A stretch of DNA of 64,000 bases, from contig NZ_JACVCG010000005.1 in assembly GCF_016742135.1 (NCBI RefSeq), positions 122,924-186,923 of the forward strand, read 5' to 3'. This document shows positions 57,219 through 64,000 of the stretch, piece after piece. The notes below the pieces were generated by a model. It was given only the letters and a program-made list of their open reading frames with translations. It ran no database searches and was not told where the DNA came from. Every line of letters begins with the position of its first letter. Position 1 is the first letter of the stretch. The translations under genes were made by a program, and so were the position numbers. This stretch comes from Brevundimonas sp. (GTDB lineage: Bacteria > Pseudomonadota > Alphaproteobacteria > Caulobacterales > Caulobacteraceae).

Positions 57219-57398
57219 TTAGGCGCCGGCTTCGCCACCCATGCCGGTGACGACTTCGTTGAACTTGGTCTTGATGGTCGTGCCGAGGGCGGTCACGGCC
57301 GAGATGATGACAACGGCGATCAGGGCCGCGATCAGGCCGTATTCGATGGCCGTGGCGCCGGATTCGTCCTTGGCAAAGCGAGCGATGAACTTGGTCAT
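57219..57398 (-). CDS. pilA: Flp-family type IVb pilin, copy 2
   Basis: Same 59-aa product. Internal ATG at 57398 of track ORF 57219-57488. Confidence 0.9.
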   Translation of the reverse strand: MTKFIARFAKDESGATAIEYGLIAALIAVVIISAVTALGTTIKTKFNEVVTGMGGEAGA

Positions 57399-57540
57399 TG
57401 GATAGTCCTTTTTCTTGAGCGAGCTAACGATTGCACCATCAGGGTCGTCGGTTTTGCCCGCTTGACCCCCTACACGCTCATCCTGCACGTCACCGCTTAA
57501 GGACAGGTAAAGTGAACACCTTTGCTTGGAATATTCATGG

Positions 57541-57556
57541 TTACCGGAGAATTTAC
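57541..57556. promoter_or_regulatory. TTAC-CGGAGAA-TTTAC motif, with ATGGTTAC at 57537-57544, between pilA copy 2 and the divergent pilus gene
   Basis: Same motif arrangement as upstream of copy 1. Confidence 0.4.
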
Positions 57557-57670
57557 TTTAGATTTCCGCCTCTGCGGGGTCCTTTAATGTTTCTTGAGGA
57601 TTCCGTGGTCCCTTTGGCCTCGCGCGCGCCTGACGCGGGCGCGCTGATGTATTGGAAGGCAGATCGCCCC

Positions 57671-58069
57671 ATGGCCCGTACCATGCCCCGCTCCCTGATG
57701 GTCGCCGCCGCGGCTCTCGTGGTCTCGGCCCTTGCCGCGCCGGCCCTGGCCCAGGACCCGCTGCGGGTCGATATCGACCAGACCGCCCGCATCCAGCTGC
57801 GCGCACCCGCCGGCTCGGTGATCGTCGGCAATCCGCAGATCGCCGACATCACCGTCGTCGATGCCAGCACCCTGTTCGTCACCGGCAAGGGCTATGGCGT
57901 CACCGAGATCGTCGCGGTCGACAGCATCGGTCGCACCGTCTTCCAGAGTCAGGTGGTGGTCAGCGCCGGGGACTCGGGCCAGGTGCGCGTCTGGCGCGGG
58001 GGCCAGGTGACCGAAATGGCCTGCGGCAACACCTGCTCGCCCAGCCTGCGTTCAACCGGCACGCCGTAA
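57671..58069 (+). CDS. pilus formation protein, N-terminal (secretin-N-like) domain, secreted
   Basis: Signal peptide ending ALAQDP. IQLRAPAGSVIVGNPQIADITVVDASTLFVTGKGYGVTEIV resembles the CpaC N-terminal domain. Confidence 0.7.
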   Translation: MARTMPRSLMVAAAALVVSALAAPALAQDPLRVDIDQTARIQLRAPAGSVIVGNPQIADITVVDASTLFVTGKGYGVTEIVAVDSIGRTVFQSQVVVSAGDSGQVRVWRGGQVTEMACGNTCSPSLRSTGTP

Positions 58070-58070
58070 C

Positions 58071-58610
58071 ATGCGCCGGGTGGCCCGCGCGCGAACCGCA
58101 CTCGACCGCTTTCTGGCGGCCCGCCGGGGCTCGACCGCGGTCGAGTTCGCCATGGTCGCCGCACCCTTTTTCTTCATGATGTTCGCCGTTCTCGAACTGG
58201 CCTTTGTCTTCGTGCTCGACTCGGTGCTTGAAAATGCCGTCATCGAGACCGGTCGTCTGGTACGCACCGGTCAGGCCGAAAGCCAGGGCTTCAATGCCGA
58301 TCAGTTCAAGACGACCCTGTGCGCCCGGATGAGCATCTTCGCCGGCGACTGCGCCTCCAGGGTCACGGTCGATGTGCGCGAAATCCCCCAGTTCACCAAT
58401 CCCGATCCTCCCGATCCGACCGGCGGGCAGACCTTCAGCGAGGCCGGCCTCGGCTATGACGGCGGCGACCCCGGCAGCCTGATGCTGGTGCGGGCCTGGT
58501 ATCGCCACCGGCTGGTCACCCCGTTCCTCCAACAGGGTCTGGCCCGGATGGGGGACGGCAAGGCGATCCTGACGGCCACCACCGCCTTTCGCAACGAGCC
58601 GTGGCGATGA
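58071..58610 (+). CDS. TadE-like pseudopilin/minor pilin
   Basis: The GSTAVEFAMVAAPFFFMMF TadE N-terminal motif. Confidence 0.8.
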   Translation: MRRVARARTALDRFLAARRGSTAVEFAMVAAPFFFMMFAVLELAFVFVLDSVLENAVIETGRLVRTGQAESQGFNADQFKTTLCARMSIFAGDCASRVTVDVREIPQFTNPDPPDPTGGQTFSEAGLGYDGGDPGSLMLVRAWYRHRLVTPFLQQGLARMGDGKAILTATTAFRNEPWR

Positions 58611-59155
58611 GCAGGCGCGGCCTCATCCGTCGTCCCTGGCGCAGGCTCGGGTCTGACCGGCGCGGGGTGTCGGCGGTCGAGTTCGCCATGCTGGCCCCGG
58701 TGATGATCTTCTTCTACTTCGGCCTGGCCGAATTCTGTCAGGGCTATATGGCCCAGAAGCGCGCCGGCCATTCGGCCGCCATGGTCGCCGACCTGATCGC
58801 CCAGCGCGAGCGGATCAGCAACGGCGAGATCAACGACATCTTCGAGATCGGCGAACTGATCATGACACCCTTCACGGCCAATGGGCTGAGCCTCAGGGTC
58901 TCGAGCGCCCGGCGGATCGACGCCAACACCGTCCGCATCGACTGGAGCCGGGGCAGCGGCATGACCGCTCGCGCGACCGGCAGCACCATCGCCGTGCCCG
59001 CCGGCCTGATCGGCGTCGGAGAGAGCGTGGTCGTGTCCGAGTCGCTCTATGACTACAATTCGCCGGTCGACTATATGATGCCCGGCATCACCACCTTTTC
59101 TCACACCTTCTATCTGCGGCCGCGCACGGTCGAGCGCGTGGCGCTGGTGCCCTAG
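58607..59155 (+). CDS. TadE/TadF-like pseudopilin
   Basis: GVSAVEFAMLAPVMIFFYF motif. ATGA overlap with the upstream gene. Confidence 0.75.
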   Translation: MSRRGLIRRPWRRLGSDRRGVSAVEFAMLAPVMIFFYFGLAEFCQGYMAQKRAGHSAAMVADLIAQRERISNGEINDIFEIGELIMTPFTANGLSLRVSSARRIDANTVRIDWSRGSGMTARATGSTIAVPAGLIGVGESVVVSESLYDYNSPVDYMMPGITTFSHTFYLRPRTVERVALVP

Positions 59156-60450
59156 GCCTCGGTCAGCGCGCGTTTGATCGCCGAAATCTTGGACAGGACC
59201 TCGGCGGATTCCGCGACCGGATCGCTGTCGGCGACGATCCCGGCTCCGGCCTGGGTCCGCCAGTGCCAGCACCCCTGCCGGTGCTCAAACGCCAGGGTGC
59301 GGATCAGCACCGAAGCGGTCAGCTGGCCCGGCCCCTCCCGCAGCAACAGGCTGCCACACCACGGTCCTCGCGGGGGCTCATGCCCGGCGATGACCTTCAT
59401 GGCCTGATGCTTCGGCGCGCCCGTGATCGACCCCGGCGGAAAGGTCGCGGCCATCACCTGGCCCACACCCTGACCCGGCGACAGCCTGCCGCTGACGGTC
59501 GAGACCAGGTGGTGGACATTGGCATAGGACTCCGGATGAAACAGCCGCTCCACCCGGACCGACGCCGGCACGCAGACCCGCGACAGGTCATTGCGCATCA
59601 GGTCGACGATCATCAGATTCTCGGCCTGGTCCTTGGCGGATGCCAGAAGGGCCTCAACCTCCGCCCGGTCCGCGGCGGGGTCCGCGTGCCGGGGGCGTGT
59701 GCCCTTGATCGGCCGGGTCTCGATCCGGCCACCCGGCTCAAGCGTCAGAAACAGCTCGGGCGAATTGGAGACCAGCGCCCTGTCTCCCACCCGCCAGAAG
59801 GCTGCATAGGGGGCCGGACTGTCCCGGACCAGCCGCAGGAAGACGTCCAGCGGATCGGCCTCCGGCTTCAGCGCGCCGATCCAGGCCCGGGCGATATTGG
59901 CCTGAAACAGCTCCCCCGCCGCGATGCGCGCCACGACATCGGCCACGGCAGCCCGATAGGCCGCCTCATCGCTCTCCGCGTCGAAGGTCGTGGACAGCGG
60001 GCCACCAGTGACGGCCCTGGGTGGCACTGCCTGCAGCCAACTGACGGCCTCGTCCAGGGCCTGTTCTGCACCGGCCGCGTTCACGCCCCGGCCGATCGCG
60101 GTCAGGGTGCGGGTGGCCGTCTCGAACACCAGCCAGGCCGGATAGCGCGCCGCCATCAGGTCCGGCCAGATCGACGGCCTCGGCCCCGTCGCCGGACGGG
60201 CGCCCCCGTCATAGGCCAGCAACTGCACCGCACCCTCGCTCCAAGCGGGGTCATCCAGCAGGGCCGCGACCTCTGCCGCGTCGTCGTCGAGCTGGCGGAC
60301 GGCATCCGGGGCAGTGGCGATCAGCACCCGGCCGCCCGTTCCGCTGAACAGGCCGAGCGTGCCGTCGCGCGCCCCAAGGGCCTGCAGCACCTCAAGCGGA
60401 TCACGCCACGGCAGGGCGCGCTCCCGCCGCGCCGCCCAAGGGCGGATCAT
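59152..60450 (-). CDS. pabB: aminodeoxychorismate synthase component I
   Basis: Chorismate-binding domain motifs PIKGTRPR, NLMIVDLMRNDLSRV and GSITGAPK. Short N-terminus compared with TrpE. Confidence 0.8.
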   Translation of the reverse strand: MIRPWAARRERALPWRDPLEVLQALGARDGTLGLFSGTGGRVLIATAPDAVRQLDDDAAEVAALLDDPAWSEGAVQLLAYDGGARPATGPRPSIWPDLMAARYPAWLVFETATRTLTAIGRGVNAAGAEQALDEAVSWLQAVPPRAVTGGPLSTTFDAESDEAAYRAAVADVVARIAAGELFQANIARAWIGALKPEADPLDVFLRLVRDSPAPYAAFWRVGDRALVSNSPELFLTLEPGGRIETRPIKGTRPRHADPAADRAEVEALLASAKDQAENLMIVDLMRNDLSRVCVPASVRVERLFHPESYANVHHLVSTVSGRLSPGQGVGQVMAATFPPGSITGAPKHQAMKVIAGHEPPRGPWCGSLLLREGPGQLTASVLIRTLAFEHRQGCWHWRTQAGAGIVADSDPVAESAEVLSKISAIKRALTEA

Positions 60451-61226
60451 GCCGACAGCCGCTCAAGGATCCGGTCACGACGGACCGTATCGATGCCCAG
60501 CACCCCGGCCAGATAGCCGTCGACCGAGCCGTGGGTCGTCGTCATCTCGGCCAGGGCCGCATCCAGAAACTCCGGTGCCACCCCCAGAAAGGCGACGACC
60601 GCCGCATGCGAGGCCGTACGCCCCGTCAGGGCCTTCAGCCGTTCGGCGACAAAGGCTGCCTGTCCCTCCAGATCGACCGCCGTGTTGGTCAGCAGATAGT
60701 CGGCCATCAGGTCGTCGTGGCCGACCCCCAGCAAATGATGGGTCAGGGCCGCCAGCAGGCCCGTCCGGTCCTTGCCCGCCGCGCAGTGGATCAGCACCGG
60801 CCGGTCGCTGTCGGCCAGGGCCTCGAAATAGCGGCGAAACAGGTCGATGTGCGACGCCTCGAACGGCAGGCGGCGATAGGTGTCCGTCATAAAGGCCCGG
60901 CCCGACTCTTCCGTCAGGTCAGCTGTCTTCAGGAAGGTCATGTGGGGGGCCTCGCCCCCGTCGTCGTGGGCGCTCTCGATCAGCCGGGCCGCAAAGCCCG
61001 CGGGCCGGCGGCTGGGCTGGCCGCGTCGCTCGCTGGGCCGGCGCAGGTCGACCACCACCCCGAGATCGAGCGCCGCGAGCGCCACAAGATCCGCCTCGGT
61101 CGCCCGCGCCTGATGGGCGCTGCGGAACAGCCGCCCGGGCCGCACATGGCGACCCGCGACCCCGGCGTAGTCGCCGAAGTCGCGGAAGTTGTCGATCGCC
61201 TCAAACCGTTTCAGCCGCTCGCTCAT
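60447..61226 (-). CDS. protein-tyrosine phosphatase family protein
   Basis: CX5R P-loop HCAAGKDRTG. N-terminal NFRDFG. Confidence 0.85.
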   Translation of the reverse strand: MSERLKRFEAIDNFRDFGDYAGVAGRHVRPGRLFRSAHQARATEADLVALAALDLGVVVDLRRPSERRGQPSRRPAGFAARLIESAHDDGGEAPHMTFLKTADLTEESGRAFMTDTYRRLPFEASHIDLFRRYFEALADSDRPVLIHCAAGKDRTGLLAALTHHLLGVGHDDLMADYLLTNTAVDLEGQAAFVAERLKALTGRTASHAAVVAFLGVAPEFLDAALAEMTTTHGSVDGYLAGVLGIDTVRRDRILERLSA

Positions 61227-61282
61227 GCCCTCCTCATAGCGCAGTCGGGCGGAGGTGCCACCGTGACGGTTCGCCGTGTCGG

Positions 61283-61597
61283 TCAGCGGGGCGGCATAAG
61301 GGCGGACAGGGCATCCAGATAGGCCATGAAGGCGGTGCGTCCGGCCTCGGTCAGCTGCGCCTCCGTCAGGGGCTTTCGCCCCACGAATCGCTTGCTGATT
61401 TCGACGAAACCCGCCTCCTCCAGCTTGCGAAGATGCACCGACAGATTGCCGTCCGTGGTCTTAAGGCGGGCCTTGAGGTCGCTGAAGTCCGCCATGCCCG
61501 CGCTGGACAGATAGGCCATGATACCCAGCCGGACGCGGCCATGAATGACGTCGTCGATCTCATTGATGTCGAACGCATCCGAAGGAAGGTCCGCCAT
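61283..61597 (-). CDS. winged-helix transcriptional regulator (HTH_34-like)
   Basis: VRLGIMAYLSSAGMADFSDLKARLKTTDGNLSVHLRKLEEAGFVEISKRFVGRKPLT. ATG at 61597. The rest of the 323-aa track ORF is spurious. Confidence 0.8.
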   Translation of the reverse strand: MADLPSDAFDINEIDDVIHGRVRLGIMAYLSSAGMADFSDLKARLKTTDGNLSVHLRKLEEAGFVEISKRFVGRKPLTEAQLTEAGRTAFMAYLDALSALMPPR

Positions 61598-61599
61598 GG

Positions 61600-62226
61600 T
61601 CAGACGACCTCGCGGGGTTCCTGGCGCATCAGCGCCAGTCCGGGCAGCAGGGCGACGAACACCAGCAGGGCCGCAAAGACCAGATAGCCGACCGGCGTAT
61701 CCATGAAGACACCCAGCAGGGCCGCGCCCGCATAGGCGGCCAGCGCCGTCAGCTTCATCCATCCCTTGCGCGCCATGGTGCCCGCGACCGTCCAGGCCGA
61801 GCCATAGGCGGCAAAGACGATGATCGGCATGGCCCGCATCAGGCTCCAGTCGCCATTGGCCAGCCCGACCGCCAGGAAGGCGACCCAGCTGGCAAAGATG
61901 CCAAAGCCCACGGCGGACCAGGCGGCCCCGACGGCCTGATTGCTGGTCGAGCTGTAGCCCGGCCTGGCGCTGGCGCGCCGGATCAGGAGGGACAGCGCCA
62001 CGGCGAACAGACCGCCGGCGGCGACCCAGATCCACAGCTGGGCCCAGGGGCTGACGTCCACCACCCCCGCCTGGATGGCCCACTGAGCCACACTGGCGAG
62101 GCCGAAGATCAGGGCCGCGGCGACCATGATCGGGCCATTCAGCAGGGGTGTATGGCGCCCCTCTTCGGCAAGGGTGCGGATATAGGCGATGTCGTCCTGC
62201 GGGGACGCGGTGTCGTGACCGGGCAT
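61600..62226 (-). CDS. hypothetical multi-pass membrane protein, co-transcribed with the wHTH regulator
   Basis: Five or six TM helices. Its stop lies 2 nt before the regulator ATG. Confidence 0.65.
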   Translation of the reverse strand: MPGHDTASPQDDIAYIRTLAEEGRHTPLLNGPIMVAAALIFGLASVAQWAIQAGVVDVSPWAQLWIWVAAGGLFAVALSLLIRRASARPGYSSTSNQAVGAAWSAVGFGIFASWVAFLAVGLANGDWSLMRAMPIIVFAAYGSAWTVAGTMARKGWMKLTALAAYAGAALLGVFMDTPVGYLVFAALLVFVALLPGLALMRQEPREVV

Positions 62227-62288
62227 GGGCCCTTCCCTCCGTCTGGCGGGGCACTGCGCCCCGTGCGTGACCCTTGATTGCCCCATAT

Positions 62289-62305
62289 ACTTTGCAATGT
62301 AAAGT
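62289..62305. promoter_or_regulatory. 17-bp AT-rich palindrome ACTTTGCAATGTAAAGT (candidate operator)
   Basis: 7 of 8 arm positions pair around a central A. Lies in the divergent intergenic region 62227-62348. Confidence 0.45.
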
Positions 62306-62348
62306 GCTTTCTTGTGGCCATGCGAGGCCATGGCGTTACGGCTGGCCC

Positions 62349-63101
62349 ATGCGCATGAATTTCCACCGCCTCGCCTATGAAGAGATCGAGGTCTGCAACG
62401 CCCTGACGCTGGAGACCTTCCGGGCCTTCCTCGCACCCGCGCAGCCGAAGGCAGGAGGTCGGGCGCTGGAAATCGGGGCGGGCAATGCCACCCTCGCGAT
62501 CAGTCTCGCGCGCGACTTCGACATGGTGGTCGAGGCGGTCGAGGTCGACATGGCCGTGGCGGCGCTGGCCCAGTCGCGGATCAATGCCGCCGACGTCGCG
62601 GACCGGGTCACGCTCAGCCGCATGCGGTCGCTGACCCTGCTGGAGGATTTGCCGGCGCAGGACCTGATCCTGTGCGTGGGGGCCACCGATCCGGTGGGTG
62701 AGGAGCACCGCCACCCGACCGACGCCTTCCGAGAGCTGGCCAACCATCTGGCGCCCGGGGGGCTGCTGGTCTGGGGCGACCTGTACTGGACCGAAATCCC
62801 GCCCGAGCCGCTGGCGCGGGTCATGGCCCTGACCAATGCCTGTACCCCGCTGGAGGACTGGGCAGCCGCCGCCCGGGCCGCCGGGCTGGAGGTGCTGGAC
62901 ATTCACCTGGCCGATGATGCGACCTGGCAGACCTATATCGAAACCATGGACCGGGCGGCGCGTGACTGGATCGCCGCCCACCCCGACCGGATCGAGCGCC
63001 CGCACATCGAGGCGACGGCCGACCGGGTCCGGTCCTTCCTGACCTTTGCCCGGCCCTATACCGGCTTTGCCCTGCAGCTGATGCGCAAGCCCGAGGCCTG
63101 A
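62349..63101 (+). CDS. class I SAM-dependent methyltransferase
   Basis: ALEIGAGNATLAISLA is the motif I glycine-rich loop. LAPGGLLVW is a post-motif. Confidence 0.75.
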   Translation: MRMNFHRLAYEEIEVCNALTLETFRAFLAPAQPKAGGRALEIGAGNATLAISLARDFDMVVEAVEVDMAVAALAQSRINAADVADRVTLSRMRSLTLLEDLPAQDLILCVGATDPVGEEHRHPTDAFRELANHLAPGGLLVWGDLYWTEIPPEPLARVMALTNACTPLEDWAAAARAAGLEVLDIHLADDATWQTYIETMDRAARDWIAAHPDRIERPHIEATADRVRSFLTFARPYTGFALQLMRKPEA

Positions 63102-63107
63102 TCTGGC

Positions 63108-64000
63108 CTAGCGGAACGGCGGCTCGTCGAAGGCGCGCAGCTTGCGGGAGTGCAGGCGCTCGCCCTCCTCGCGCAGCAGGTCGACGGTCTGGATGCCGAT
63201 CTGCAGATGCTCCGAAATCGAGCCTTCGTAGAAGCGGTTGGCCTGGCCCGGCAGTTTGATCTCCCCGTGCAGGGGCTTGTCGGACACGCACAGCAGGGTC
63301 CCGTAGGGCACACGGAAGCGATAGCCCTGGGCGGCGATGGTGGCCGATTCCATGTCGATGGCGACGGCGCGGCTCTGGTTGAAGCGCAGGGCCGAGCGGG
63401 TGTAGCGCAGCTCCCAGTTCCGGTCGTCGGTGGTCACCACCGTGCCGGTCCGCAGGCGCAGCTTGACCTGATCGCCCGGCATGCCGCTGACCGACTTGGT
63501 CGCGTCATAGAGGGCGCGCTGGACCTCGGCGATGGACGGGATGGGAATGTCCGGCGGCAGCACCGCATCCAGCACATGGTCGTCGCGCAGATAGGCGTGG
63601 GCCAGCACATAGTCGCCGATGGACTGGCTGGCGCGCAGGCCGCCGCAGTGACCGATCATCAGCCAGACGTGCGGCCGGGTCACCGCCAGATGGTCGGTGA
63701 TGGTCTTGGCGTTGGAAGGACCGACGCCGATATTGACCAGGGTGATGCCTTTCGCGCCCGGCGCCGTCAGGTGGTAGGCGGGCATCTGGTGCTTCTTCCA
63801 GGCCGTGTCGCTGATCGCCGCCTCGGGATCGGCCGTGTCGCGGGTGATCACGATCCCGCCGGCGCAGGACAGGGTCAGGTAAGGGCTGCCGGGGCGCTTC
63901 AGCTCGGCGATGGCCCAGCTGACGAACTCGTCCACATAGCGATTGTAGTTGGTGAACAGCACATAGGACTGGACGTCATCGACCGAAGTGCCCGTGTAGT
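63108..64000 (-). CDS. amn: AMP nucleosidase, C-terminal part (5' end outside window)
   Basis: LFTNYNRYVDEF, VNIGVGPSNAKTITDH, MIGHCGGL and AIDMESATIAA. The frame stays open to nt 64000. Confidence 0.85.
   Translation of the reverse strand, partial: YTGTSVDDVQSYVLFTNYNRYVDEFVSWAIAELKRPGSPYLTLSCAGGIVITRDTADPEAAISDTAWKKHQMPAYHLTAPGAKGITLVNIGVGPSNAKTITDHLAVTRPHVWLMIGHCGGLRASQSIGDYVLAHAYLRDDHVLDAVLPPDIPIPSIAEVQRALYDATKSVSGMPGDQVKLRLRTGTVVTTDDRNWELRYTRSALRFNQSRAVAIDMESATIAAQGYRFRVPYGTLLCVSDKPLHGEIKLPGQANRFYEGSISEHLQIGIQTVDLLREEGERLHSRKLRAFDEPPFR

Overview
High-GC (hand counts of core-gene samples about 70-77% G+C) alphaproteobacterial chromosome segment. The gene set points to Caulobacterales (Brevundimonas/Caulobacter-like): podJ, gcrA and a complete cpa/tad pilus locus. 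Most of the window is conserved housekeeping DNA: rpmH-rnpA-yidC-engB, hemN, ggt, split nrdA/nrdB, hisC, argF/argD, apaG, dcd, dapE, pabB and amn. Genes are tightly packed, with many ATGA/GTGA start-stop overlaps. Many long ORFs in the track are antisense or out-of-frame shadows of real genes, which is expected at this GC content, and are not called. The accessory or unusual content is: (1) two base-identical Flp pilin genes in the Tad locus; (2) several small low-GC islets (53-59% in hand-counted 100-nt samples), namely an orphan membrane protein at 21.7-22.5 kb, a small membrane gene at 28.9-29.2 kb, a frameshifted JAB/JAMM-like gene plus downstream small gene at 34.9-36.1 kb, and a GxxExxY gene wedged between argD and argF; (3) two dispersed repeat families, GGGTTCWTCAC-headed elements and CCTCCCCC/GGGGGAGG hairpin units; (4) candidate cis-regulatory elements, namely a yybP-ykoY-like Mn riboswitch, an FNR/FixK box positioned for a leaderless hemN, and CtrA-like, DnaA-like and GANTC sites at gcrA, podJ and pilA. 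There is no CRISPR array, rRNA, integrase or transposase. No single large novel multi-gene system is evident. The best leads are the JAB-like two-gene islet, the repeat-bracketed cassettes and the duplicated pilin.
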